From an uncultured Alphaproteobacteria bacterium (GTDB lineage: Bacteria; Pseudomonadota; Alphaproteobacteria; Rs-D84): DNA of 64,000 nt. A model generated the notes under the pieces. It worked only from the letters and a program-made list of their open reading frames with translations. It ran no database searches and was not told the DNA's origin. A program made the position numbers and the translations under genes. The stretch is taken from contig CALXLG010000001.1 in assembly GCA_944389135.1 (NCBI GenBank), forward strand, positions 89,421 to 153,420, read 5' to 3'. Shown piece by piece: positions 38,017 to 46,963 of the stretch. Positions within the stretch are counted from its first letter, which is position 1, and each line of letters begins with the position of its first letter.

Positions 38017-38942
38017 CAGATTTTACCTATGTAGCTTATAACCGTGTCAATATATTCAGAGTATGCAGCAAAATTATCTTTGTCTTCTTCAGTAATTGGC
38101 GGGTTAGGGTTATTATTTATATAATTTCTTAATTCTTCTATTGTATTAAACATTAAAATATTTTCAAATTCAGATGTTGCTGCGTCTGGCGCATTAATAA
38201 CAAAGCCATTTGTATCAATATAGATATCTTCAAGTGTGTCAGAGAAAATTTGTGATAGTTTGTCTATCATATTACGGATGTCGGTTGTCTTTATGCCCAC
38301 ACCACCAACCCAAAGCGTCTCATTAGAACCAATTGCAAATAATGCAGGTGTTATACCGTTTATGCGAGGGGATTTTTTTACTGTAAAACCGGCCTTGCTG
38401 AAGATTTCTTGTATTTCTGGATTCTCTTGTGATTGTGGCTTTGGTTGTGAAACAGGGGTAATCGTATTTGTTTGTGTGGCAGATACATAGCCTGTGTTAT
38501 TTACAGGTATATTCAATCTTGGTGGGCGGGCAGATGGTATAGGCGCAGGTGACGGCTGAGTAGCTGTAGGTGCTTTTGCCGTTTCTGCTGGTAATAAATC
38601 TAGTGTTGATGCGTCTGCATTAGTTTTTGTTTCTTTTGATTCTATAATTGGTGTGTTGTTTTTGTGTTTTTCTATATGTACTTTTGGTAGCTGTATTCGT
38701 CTTAGACGTGGACGTATTAAAATATATAACCCAAAAATCATTATGAATACGCATATAACAAAAGATATATAAAATGTTGGACTTATAGAATTTTTGCTTG
38801 CTTGTAATTCGGAAAGATATGTCCAATGTGATGCAGAGAATATATTAAATCCGAAAACGGTATTAAACCAAAAGCTTGCCCCAAGTGTTACTGCAAGCAA
38901 CCAAAGTATTCCAAGTAATATATTATCCAGTCTGATTTTCAT
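38016..38942 (-). CDS. two-TM membrane protein with Pro/Thr-rich linker and ZipA-C-like C-terminal domain
   Basis: 308 aa; TMs at ~7-27 and ~56-77; low-complexity PTATQPSPAPIPSARPP linker; C-terminal SKAGFTVKK...GITPALFAIGSNE parallels E. coli ZipA FtsZ-binding domain QQAGFIFGD...GPALFSLAN (from memory). Confidence 0.35.
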   Translation of the reverse strand: MKIRLDNILLGILWLLAVTLGASFWFNTVFGFNIFSASHWTYLSELQASKNSISPTFYISFVICVFIMIFGLYILIRPRLRRIQLPKVHIEKHKNNTPIIESKETKTNADASTLDLLPAETAKAPTATQPSPAPIPSARPPRLNIPVNNTGYVSATQTNTITPVSQPKPQSQENPEIQEIFSKAGFTVKKSPRINGITPALFAIGSNETLWVGGVGIKTTDIRNMIDKLSQIFSDTLEDIYIDTNGFVINAPDAATSEFENILMFNTIEELRNYINNNPNPPITEEDKDNFAAYSEYIDTVISYIGKI

Positions 38943-38986
38943 TATGATTTAAATTATATCATATTTGTGATAAAGTAAAAAGTATT

Positions 38987-39664
38987 ATGATTGATACAGA
39001 TAATATTCTTGATGATAAAAAATTACAAAAACTTGCTTTATGGACGGGGGCAGGAAATGATGCCAATGATTTGGCGTATGTTGCGGAATTCGCAATCGCA
39101 AAAAGTATAAATTTAATTTCTGTTGTGCCCGATAATATTAAGGTTATATGGCCGTGGCTAGAAAACAGCAATATTAAAATATATTCACGATTTTATTTGG
39201 AAAGTAAAAGTGATTCGGTTAAAGATATTTCCGAATTAACAAAAAATATAAATACTGCATTTAAACATGGGGCATCTGGTGTTCAAATTTTTACACATTT
39301 TTCAGAATTAGAAAACTTTGTTGGACAAGTTTCTTTAATAAGAGATGATTTGTTCTTTAATAAAGACCTGTTTATAGGTATGGATATTAATGAAGTAGGA
39401 CCTTTTGATTGGGAAATAATAAAAAAGTATTTAGAAAAAATTAGAGCAACCGGAATACTTTTAGTATTACCCGTTGATACAGGTGATAAGTCAGATTTTG
39501 TTGGTAGAATTTTTGGTGCACTGGAATCCTGGAAAAATGACTTTAGCTTTGATTTGCATTTTTCTTTCGGGGAAGTTGGGGTACGTGCCGAGCAAACAGA
39601 ACGCCTGATAAATAGCATATACCCAGCGCTTTCTAATAATTTAAAGTTCTTTGTAAATATTTAG
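38987..39664 (+). CDS. hypothetical protein
   Basis: 225-aa ORF, no signal peptide, alternating beta/alpha-like pattern (possibly TIM-barrel-like); no family recognised. Confidence 0.35.
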   Translation: MIDTDNILDDKKLQKLALWTGAGNDANDLAYVAEFAIAKSINLISVVPDNIKVIWPWLENSNIKIYSRFYLESKSDSVKDISELTKNINTAFKHGASGVQIFTHFSELENFVGQVSLIRDDLFFNKDLFIGMDINEVGPFDWEIIKKYLEKIRATGILLVLPVDTGDKSDFVGRIFGALESWKNDFSFDLHFSFGEVGVRAEQTERLINSIYPALSNNLKFFVNI

Positions 39665-40293
39665 TTCTTTATTACTAAATATTTTGGGGCAACTGTTCCT
39701 GCCTTGTTCTTTTTTTGATATCTAGTGCGAATCGTTTCTAAGCTTGGGGTTGTATATTTCAAAGTGGTTTTTTCTAATTCTTGAATAATCCAATCAAAAT
39801 ATTCCCAATGGTCAGTACCTATTATTATTTCACCGTTTGTGGTTAGCTTATCGGCCAGTGTTTGTAAAAAAGGTGCACTTAAAAGGCGGCGCTTTTCATG
39901 TTTTGCTTTTGGCCAAGGGTCAGGATGAAGAACCCATATTTGTTCAAATTTCGAATCGGTATTCTTTAGAAAATCACGAACGTCATCCGCAAAAATACGA
40001 ATGTTTTTATATTCGTTGCGAGTCGAATTATTTTCATCTGCAATTGCAGATAACAGTGATGCAACCCCGTTCATAAAAGGTTCTGCGCCAATAACTATCT
40101 TTTCTGGGTTTGTCTGCGCCAATTCCCGTAAATGTTCGCCCGCACCAAAGCCAATCTCTAATATCGTCGATTCGTTACTATTGGCTTTTGTTGGCAAAAT
40201 TTGTGGTAAAACGTTGTCTATTAACCACTGTTGACGGGCAGAAAGTTTTTTGCCGTGCCGGCGTCCAAATGTTCTTATTTCTTGTTTTTCCAT
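39661..40293 (-). CDS. trmB: tRNA (guanine46-N7)-methyltransferase
   Basis: 210 aa; SAM motif LEIGFGAGEH, conserved ...IFADD... and DPWPK motifs of TrmB. Confidence 0.8.
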   Translation of the reverse strand: MEKQEIRTFGRRHGKKLSARQQWLIDNVLPQILPTKANSNESTILEIGFGAGEHLRELAQTNPEKIVIGAEPFMNGVASLLSAIADENNSTRNEYKNIRIFADDVRDFLKNTDSKFEQIWVLHPDPWPKAKHEKRRLLSAPFLQTLADKLTTNGEIIIGTDHWEYFDWIIQELEKTTLKYTTPSLETIRTRYQKKNKAGTVAPKYLVIKN

Positions 40294-40338
40294 ATATTTA
40301 GTATAAAATTCAAAGAATAAGAAAACAAGGAAATATAA

Positions 40339-40899
40339 ATGGTAGAGTTTCCAAAAATCATTCAGGCAGACGGATTTACTTTAGAAAAAGTTAAACCAAC
40401 GTTTGATACAGCAAAATATTTGTTTGAATTAGTAGATAGGCAAAGAGAGTATTTAGCAAAGTGGTTAGAGTGGGTGGACTTCTCAAATTGCCCAGAAGAT
40501 ATGTATCCACACCTGTTGAAATCTTCTGAAACGAAAAGTAGTAATTATTATATCGTGCAGGATAATAAAATAATTGGAAGTATAAGTTTTGTTGATTTTT
40601 CGGAAAAGCAAAAAATGGCCGAAATTGGATACTGGCTGTCAAAAGATTATAATGGACGTGGTATTATGACGCGTGCTGTGAAAGCGCTTGAAAGTTTCGG
40701 GTTTGAAACGTTTAATCTGAATCGTATTGGAATAACCGCTGATTCAGAGAATTTGAAATCTTGCGCGGTGGCAGAAAGGGCAGGGTATGTTAAAGAGGGG
40801 GTGCTTCGTCAAGCTAACATATTACGGGGCTTGCCACGTGATATTGCTGTTTATTCAAAATTGAAATCAGAATGGGAAAAGGAAAATAAAAATGCGTAA
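40339..40899 (+). CDS. GNAT-family N-acetyltransferase (RimJ/RimL-like)
   Basis: 186 aa; acetyl-CoA motif NGRGIMTRAVKALESFGF; RimJ-like layout. Confidence 0.7.
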   Translation: MVEFPKIIQADGFTLEKVKPTFDTAKYLFELVDRQREYLAKWLEWVDFSNCPEDMYPHLLKSSETKSSNYYIVQDNKIIGSISFVDFSEKQKMAEIGYWLSKDYNGRGIMTRAVKALESFGFETFNLNRIGITADSENLKSCAVAERAGYVKEGVLRQANILRGLPRDIAVYSKLKSEWEKENKNA

Positions 40900-42469
40900 A
40901 GGGTTATCGGCAGATTTAATAGCGCGTATATTGGGAAATGCGCCAAAATATAATTTGGCAGAGTTGGAAGAAAAATATCCAGCGCGTGATTTACCAGACG
41001 GGGCTTTCGTTACCAGATTTGCACCAAGTCCAACAGGGTATATGCATATCGGCGGCTTATATCAGGCGTTGGTTGATTGTAAGTTAGCACAACAGTCTGG
41101 TGGTGTTTTTATGTTGCGTATAGAAGATACAGATACAAAACGTGAAGTTGCAGACGCTGTTAAAATTATCGAAGACTCTATGCATAGATTTGGTCTGAAA
41201 TATAATAATGATGAAAAATATGGGCCTTATTATCAGTCTAAACGTAAAGATATTTATCATAGCGTTGCGGCAGATTTGTTAGCGCGGGGGTTGGCGTATC
41301 CTTGCTTCTTGACAGCAGAAGATATGGAAAAAATTCGTGAAAATCAAAAAGCTGCTGGTTTCGCGACAGGTATTTATGGCGAGTTTGCCCGTGATCGTGA
41401 TTTAACAGAAGAAGAAATAATTGCACATTTAGATAATGGAGAAGTTCCTTCGATTCGTTTATATTCAACAGGGAACCCAGAAAACAGAATTTTTTGTAAA
41501 GATGCAGTTCGTGGCTCAATAGGTTTCCCAGAAAACAATGAAGATATTGTTTTGATTAAGTCAAATGATGGGCTGCCTACGTATCATTTTGCGCATTTGT
41601 GTGATGACCATTTTATGCGTACAACACATGTTGTTCGTGGTGAAGAATGGTTGCCTTCTTTCCCGTTACATATACAGCTATTTCGTATGATGGGTTGGAC
41701 GCCACCAATGTATATTCATACTTCTACAATAGATAAGATAGACGCAGAAACAGGTAAACAAAGAAAATTATCCAAGCGTCATGACCCAGAAGCAAATGTT
41801 GCGTTCTTCTTACAAGACGGATGGCCAACTGAAGCTGTTCTGGAATATCTTGGTAATATTGCGGCGTCTGGTTATGAAGAAGCAAAAGCAAAAGGGCAGG
41901 TTAAGTCAATTTGGGAATATGAAATGCGCCCAAAGAAAATACCTATGTCTGGGGCGTTGTTTGATATGAAAAAACTGGAATGGTGGGCAAAAGAATTTAT
42001 TGCCTCTATGTCTGTAGAAGAGCTTGTTAACAGAGTCGTTTCTTGGGCAGATGAATATGACTTGCAATGGGCAGCGCGAATCGGTGCAAATCAAGATTAT
42101 TTGAAAAATATTTTGGCAATTGAACGCGATAACCCAAAACGTATTCGTAAAGATTTTATAACATGGAAACAGACTTTGCAGGAAATTTCTTATTTCTGGG
42201 ATGATTTGTTCGTGCCTAATAAAGAATACGAATATAATAAAGAACTTTTATCAAGTTTCTTAGGAACTTTTGATGTATGTGATGATAAAGACACTTGGTG
42301 GAATAAAATTGTTTCAATTGCAACAGATAAAGGCGTAAAAAATGGTGATGTTGCGATGAATTTGCGTGTTGCATTGACGGGTAGAACTAATACACCTGAC
42401 TTGTATTCTATAATTCAGGTTATGGGTGCGGAGAGAGTAATTAATCGTATAAAGGAAATATTGAAATGA
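40892..42469 (+). CDS. gltX: glutamate--tRNA ligase
   Basis: 525 aa; HIGH-type motif FAPSPTGYMHIGG, KLSKR (KMSKS variant); class I GluRS. Confidence 0.9.
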   Translation: MRKGLSADLIARILGNAPKYNLAELEEKYPARDLPDGAFVTRFAPSPTGYMHIGGLYQALVDCKLAQQSGGVFMLRIEDTDTKREVADAVKIIEDSMHRFGLKYNNDEKYGPYYQSKRKDIYHSVAADLLARGLAYPCFLTAEDMEKIRENQKAAGFATGIYGEFARDRDLTEEEIIAHLDNGEVPSIRLYSTGNPENRIFCKDAVRGSIGFPENNEDIVLIKSNDGLPTYHFAHLCDDHFMRTTHVVRGEEWLPSFPLHIQLFRMMGWTPPMYIHTSTIDKIDAETGKQRKLSKRHDPEANVAFFLQDGWPTEAVLEYLGNIAASGYEEAKAKGQVKSIWEYEMRPKKIPMSGALFDMKKLEWWAKEFIASMSVEELVNRVVSWADEYDLQWAARIGANQDYLKNILAIERDNPKRIRKDFITWKQTLQEISYFWDDLFVPNKEYEYNKELLSSFLGTFDVCDDKDTWWNKIVSIATDKGVKNGDVAMNLRVALTGRTNTPDLYSIIQVMGAERVINRIKEILK

Positions 42470-43212
42470 CAAAAAGTGCAAAATTAGTTCGTAAAAAACT
42501 AAAAGAAGTAAAACATAACCCGCGCGGAAATCGTTTGTTGCGTATTTTGCGTGCAACCGGTTTGTTCCGTTGGGAAAGGCCAAGTACGAAATCAGAAGAA
42601 GTCTTGAATATCTTGACACATGGGATAGGTATTGGTCTGGCAATAGCCGGTTTGACTTTATTGGTTGTCTTTGCGGCTTTGTCTGGTAATGCGTGGTCAA
42701 TTGTTTCTTGTGCTATATTTGGCGTAACTATGTTTACGTTGTACTTTGGGTCTACAATGTGCCATGCGACAATTGGTAAAAAAAGTGAATGTTTTTTTGA
42801 AGTTTGGGACAGTGTTGCTATCTATGCGTTGATTGCCGGTACTTACACGCCTTTCTTGCTGGTTAACTTGCGCGGTTGGATTGGTTGGACTGTGTTTGGT
42901 ATTTTATGGGCAATTGTTATTTTTGGTGCGGTGATGAAAATGCGTAACCCAAAGCAACAACCTAAATGGATGGTCGTTTTGTATCTGATTATGGGGTGGA
43001 CGTTGCTGTTTATTTTGCCGGCTATGTTGCGTTCTATACCAGTGCGTGGGTTGTGGTTCATTTTAGCAGGTGGGTTATCTTATACCGTTGGTGTCATATT
43101 TTATGTTTGGCGTAAAATGAAATATTCGCATGCTATATGGCACTTGTTTGTTATCGGGGGAAGTGTTTGTTTCTTCTTTGCGGTATTATTTGGTTGTATC
43201 ATTGATTTATAA
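42466..43212 (+). CDS. hemolysin III / PAQR-family membrane protein
   Basis: 248 aa; 7 TM; EEVLNILTHGIGIGLAI and HLFVIGGS motifs typical of HlyIII/TrhA. Confidence 0.8.
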   Translation: MTKSAKLVRKKLKEVKHNPRGNRLLRILRATGLFRWERPSTKSEEVLNILTHGIGIGLAIAGLTLLVVFAALSGNAWSIVSCAIFGVTMFTLYFGSTMCHATIGKKSECFFEVWDSVAIYALIAGTYTPFLLVNLRGWIGWTVFGILWAIVIFGAVMKMRNPKQQPKWMVVLYLIMGWTLLFILPAMLRSIPVRGLWFILAGGLSYTVGVIFYVWRKMKYSHAIWHLFVIGGSVCFFFAVLFGCIIDL

Positions 43213-43242
43213 TAAAAACCGGCGTTTGCCGGTTTTTATAAA
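43213..43242 (+). terminator. Rho-independent terminator after hlyIII (CCGGCGTTTGCCGG hairpin)
   Basis: AAAAACCGGCGTTTGCCGGTTTTTAT. Confidence 0.6.
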
Positions 43243-43419
43243 TTTGACTTTTAACATAAAAGGGTATTATAATTATAAATATGATTAATAAATCTATTCT
43301 TTTAATTACAATGACAACAACAACCCCTTTGGGGGTGTAGATTCTATTTGCGGTTTTTGCCGCGCAATGCAATAATCAATTAAAATAAAAATATAATTAT
43401 AAAATTAAAGGTTTTAGTT

Positions 43420-45153
43420 ATGTCATATCCAATAGAAACGATTCGTCATTCTTTGGCACATGTAATGGCGGCAGCAGTTAAAAAGTTATATCCTGATGTT
43501 AAATTTGCAGGTGGACCAGCAATTGAAAATGGTTTTTACTATGACTTTGATACAGAACATCGTTTTTCAGAAGAAGACTTTGAAAAAATAGAACATGAAA
43601 CAAGGGCGTTAATTAAATCAAACGGGCGTTTTGAACAGCGTAATGTTTCACTTGACGAAGCAAAACAAATTTTTGCGGATCAACCGTACAAGATGGAATG
43701 GTTGAATGAATATGATGCTGCGGGCGAGCAGTTGTCTATTTACACATTCCGTGATTTTGTTGATTTGTGCCGTGGGCCTCATGTTGACTCTTCTAAAGAT
43801 TTGCCACGTGATTCTTTTAAAATTCGTAGTGTCGCCGGGGCATACTGGAAGGGTGATTCTAAAAATAAAATGTTGCAACGTATTTATGTAGATGCATTTG
43901 CAAGTAAAGAAGAATTAGATGCGTTCCTTAAAATGCAAGAAGAAGCGGCCGCACGTGATAATCGTAAACTTGGGAAAGATATGGACTTGTTCCATTTTGA
44001 ACCAGATTATGCACCAGGTGCTGTATTTTGGCACGATAAGGGATATAAAATTTATCGTAAACTTATAGAATATGTTCGTCATCGCCAAGAATTAGCGGGG
44101 TATCAAGAAATATCAACGCCTTCTGTTATGGACAGGTCTTTGTGGGAACGCAGTGGTCACTGGGCTAAGTATGGTGAGCATAACTATTCAGGAAAAACAC
44201 AAGACGGTAAGACTTTTTGTGTAAAGCCTATGTCTTGTCCAGGTGGAATGTTGGTTTTTGGTCAGGGCATAAAGTCTTATAAAGATTTACCTTTGTACTT
44301 GGCGGAATTTGGGAAAGTTAATCGTTATGAAGCGGCAGGTGGGCTTTCTGGTTTAATGCGTGTGCGTGAATTTACGCAAGACGATGCGCATATTTTCTGC
44401 ACGGAAGAACAGCTGGAAACAGAAGTTGTTAAGATTTTGCGCTTTATAAAAGATATATATAGCAAGTTTGGTTTTGATAAAATTTCAATGAAACTTGCAA
44501 CCAGAAAAGAATCGGAATTCCGTATCGGTTCTGACGAAATCTGGGATAAAGCTGAAGGTGCGCTAAAGCATGCATTGGATGCAAATGGTATAGAATACGA
44601 AATTGCAGAAGGTGATGCGGCGTTCTATGGACCAAAGATAGATAATTATTTAAAAGACTCTATGGGTCGTACGTGGCAGTGTGGTACGGTGCAGTTGGAT
44701 ATGAATTTACCTGAACGCTTTGATTTATCTTATATAGGCGAAGATGGGGAAAAACATCGTCCAATTATGTTGCATCGTGCTATGTTGGGTTCTATTGAAC
44801 GCTTTATGGGTATCTTGTTGGAATCTACGGGTGGTAATTTGCCATTGTGGTTGTCACCAGAACCTGTTGTGGTTACACCGATTTCTGAAAAGTATAAAGA
44901 TTATGCAGTTGAAATTGTTAACAGACTGCGCAAAGAGGGTGTGTATTGCAGAGCTGACCTGAGAGATGAAAAGGTTAACTATAAAATACGTGAACTTTCT
45001 TTGGCTAAAACACCTATAATTGCAGTTGTTGGTGAAAAAGAAGAAAATGATAGAACTGTAACGTTGCGAAAGCTGGGTGTTGATGCGCAAGAAAAAATGG
45101 CACTTGATGATTTTATCAACCAGATGAAATCAGCAATAAAAATGCCTAATTAA
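43420..45153 (+). CDS. thrS: threonine--tRNA ligase lacking the N-terminal TGS domain
   Basis: 577 aa beginning directly at editing-domain signature HSLAHVMAAAV; class II motifs and C-terminal anticodon-binding domain present. Confidence 0.9.
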   Translation: MSYPIETIRHSLAHVMAAAVKKLYPDVKFAGGPAIENGFYYDFDTEHRFSEEDFEKIEHETRALIKSNGRFEQRNVSLDEAKQIFADQPYKMEWLNEYDAAGEQLSIYTFRDFVDLCRGPHVDSSKDLPRDSFKIRSVAGAYWKGDSKNKMLQRIYVDAFASKEELDAFLKMQEEAAARDNRKLGKDMDLFHFEPDYAPGAVFWHDKGYKIYRKLIEYVRHRQELAGYQEISTPSVMDRSLWERSGHWAKYGEHNYSGKTQDGKTFCVKPMSCPGGMLVFGQGIKSYKDLPLYLAEFGKVNRYEAAGGLSGLMRVREFTQDDAHIFCTEEQLETEVVKILRFIKDIYSKFGFDKISMKLATRKESEFRIGSDEIWDKAEGALKHALDANGIEYEIAEGDAAFYGPKIDNYLKDSMGRTWQCGTVQLDMNLPERFDLSYIGEDGEKHRPIMLHRAMLGSIERFMGILLESTGGNLPLWLSPEPVVVTPISEKYKDYAVEIVNRLRKEGVYCRADLRDEKVNYKIRELSLAKTPIIAVVGEKEENDRTVTLRKLGVDAQEKMALDDFINQMKSAIKMPN

Positions 45154-45166
45154 TATTTTAGATTTT

Positions 45167-45196
45167 TGGCGCGTTTTATGCGCGCCATATTTTTTA
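45167..45196 (+). terminator. Rho-independent terminator after thrS
   Basis: TGGCGCG-TTTTATG-CGCGCCA hairpin followed by TATTTTTTATT. Confidence 0.6.
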
Positions 45197-45214
45197 TTAA
45201 GAAAGGAAGAAAAA

Positions 45215-45358
45215 ATGAAAAAAATAATTTTTGTAATGGTTTTAATTGGTGTGCCTTTGGTTTTAGGTGCATGCACAACAAAATGTGAAACAGAACCAAT
45301 TGTTGAACAAAATCATAAGTTAATAGTGCCACCAAATTTTGGTCAGATGCCTAAGTAA
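45215..45358 (+). CDS. small putative lipoprotein (47 aa)
   Basis: Not in ORF track (<60 aa); MKKIIFVMVLIGVPLVLGAC signal peptide with lipobox-like LGAC; RBS GGAAG upstream. Confidence 0.3.
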   Translation: MKKIIFVMVLIGVPLVLGACTTKCETEPIVEQNHKLIVPPNFGQMPK

Positions 45359-45429
45359 TTAGTAGATATTCTTTTGTTATCTGACTTTTTTGTGATATAA
45401 TACATCCGTATAACAATGGGAGAATCCTG

Positions 45430-46236
45430 ATGAATAATGATGATAACTTGGATTTATTAGATTTGACAGATGATGCAGATACTGCCGATTCTTTACCGGA
45501 TGCTGCACCTTTTGTTGCACCACGACCAAAGAAACCTTGGTTGTTGTTGGGGGTTGGTTTGTTGGTTATCATTTTGACTACGTATATAATTATACGTGCG
45601 GTTAGCAGTGATTCTTCTTCGTCAATGGAAATTGATTTAGATGCACCAGCTGTTATCGTAGAAGGCGAGGGTGTTGCTGTGCCTCCAATGGATGTTCCGC
45701 CAGCACCTGTTGCGGTAAAAGATGTGCCAGAAGTAAAACCAGTGGCAGTACAACCCGTTGCACAGCCAGAAGTTGCAAAACCTGTACAACAAAAAGTTGC
45801 GCCTGCTGAAAAAGTTGGACCTGTACAAGAAAAAGCAGGGGTTCCAGTCAGAGTTATAGAAGATAAGAAAGAAGTTACCTTTAACCCAGAAAGGCAGACG
45901 GCAAAAAAAGAAGCAGCAAAACCTGCTGCAAAGAAGGTTGTTAAACAGCAAACAACTAAAAAAGTAGCTACAAAGCAGCAAGTCGCCCCTAAAGGTAGTT
46001 GGTATGTGCAGTTCGGTTCTTATAGTACAAGAGCTTTGGCAGAAAATGCACAAAAGCAGTTGACTGCAAAGCATTCTAGTTTATTTGCAGGTAAACAGTT
46101 TGTTATATTAGCTGCAGTTTTGCCAAATGGCAACACAACATACAGATTGCGTATTGCGTTTGCCAATTCCGCAGAAGCTAACGGTTTTTGCCAGAATGCA
46201 AAATCTGATGGTTTAGATTGCTATGTTGCAAAATAA
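45430..46236 (+). CDS. SPOR-domain cell-division protein
   Basis: 268 aa; acidic N-terminus, single TM, Pro/Val/Ala-rich linker, C-terminal SPOR domain (GSWYVQFGSYSTRALAENAQKQL...YRLRIAF). Confidence 0.7.
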   Translation: MNNDDNLDLLDLTDDADTADSLPDAAPFVAPRPKKPWLLLGVGLLVIILTTYIIIRAVSSDSSSSMEIDLDAPAVIVEGEGVAVPPMDVPPAPVAVKDVPEVKPVAVQPVAQPEVAKPVQQKVAPAEKVGPVQEKAGVPVRVIEDKKEVTFNPERQTAKKEAAKPAAKKVVKQQTTKKVATKQQVAPKGSWYVQFGSYSTRALAENAQKQLTAKHSSLFAGKQFVILAAVLPNGNTTYRLRIAFANSAEANGFCQNAKSDGLDCYVAK

Positions 46237-46251
46237 TAAAAGGGGATATAA

Positions 46252-46509
46252 ATGTTTGGACGTTTTGGCTGGGCTGAAATATTAGTTATTGTTGTTTTGG
46301 TATTGATTTTGTTCGGACATAATAAAATACCAGGAATGATGAAAAATTTGGCAGATGGTATCAATATATTTAAGAAAGAAATAAAAGATACCAAAGCAAA
46401 AGAAAATGTTGCGGATAAAAAATCTGCAGATGTTAATGCTAAAAAAGCACCTGCGAAAAGAAAAGCTGTGAAAAAAGCAGTTAAAAATAAAGCAGTTAAA
46501 AGCAAATAA
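46252..46509 (+). CDS. tatA: twin-arginine translocase subunit TatA/E
   Basis: 85 aa; MFGRFGWAEILVIVVLVLILFG TM + hinge + amphipathic helix (IFKKEIKD); lysine-rich tail. Confidence 0.75.
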   Translation: MFGRFGWAEILVIVVLVLILFGHNKIPGMMKNLADGINIFKKEIKDTKAKENVADKKSADVNAKKAPAKRKAVKKAVKNKAVKSK

Positions 46510-46538
46510 AAATACCGGCATTTGCCGGTATTTTTATT
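46506..46538. terminator. bidirectional terminator between tatA and dksA (CCGGCATTTGCCGG hairpin)
   Basis: AAAATACCGGCATTTGCCGGTATTTTTATT. Confidence 0.6.
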
Positions 46539-46962
46539 CTCTTCTTTCGTGTTCTTCTTGTTCTTCAATTGTTAGTGTCGCAAGTGGGCGCGCCAACATT
46601 CTTGAAAGGCCGATTTCTTCACCTGATATAACGCTGTATCCGAACGTACCGTTTTCAATTCTTTCTAATGCACTGTTTATCTTTTTTAATAAATTATTAT
46701 CACGTTCTGACATACGCAAATTCATTGTAATGTCTTGTTCGTATGTTGCGTTATCCGATTCGTCACCAACACCAGCACTTTCATTTTTTTTCGCCAATCT
46801 TACGGCGCTTAAAACAGAATCGCTATCGTGCATAAGCTCTTCTTTTTGTGCCATTAATAATTGATAAAAGTATGCAAGCTGTTGTGGGCACATGTATGGT
46901 TCCGATTTCTTTGGAACATATTTTGGTGGTAATTCCATAGTTTTATAATTTACTGCTGCCAT
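46534..46962 (-). CDS. dksA: DksA/TraR-family regulator without C4 zinc finger
   Basis: 142 aa; coiled-coil with acidic tip (DESDNATYEQD), C-terminal ENGTFGYSVISGEEIG where canonical CxxC pairs are absent. Confidence 0.7.
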   Translation of the reverse strand: MAAVNYKTMELPPKYVPKKSEPYMCPQQLAYFYQLLMAQKEELMHDSDSVLSAVRLAKKNESAGVGDESDNATYEQDITMNLRMSERDNNLLKKINSALERIENGTFGYSVISGEEIGLSRMLARPLATLTIEEQEEHERRE

Positions 46963-46963
46963 T

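Noticed and set aside
45351-45572. 73-aa minus-strand ORF and 145-aa minus ORF (45637-46074) overlapping the SPOR-domain gene
   Set aside because: Antisense to a gene with a clear C-terminal SPOR domain; Cys/Phe-rich composition typical of AT-rich antisense frames.
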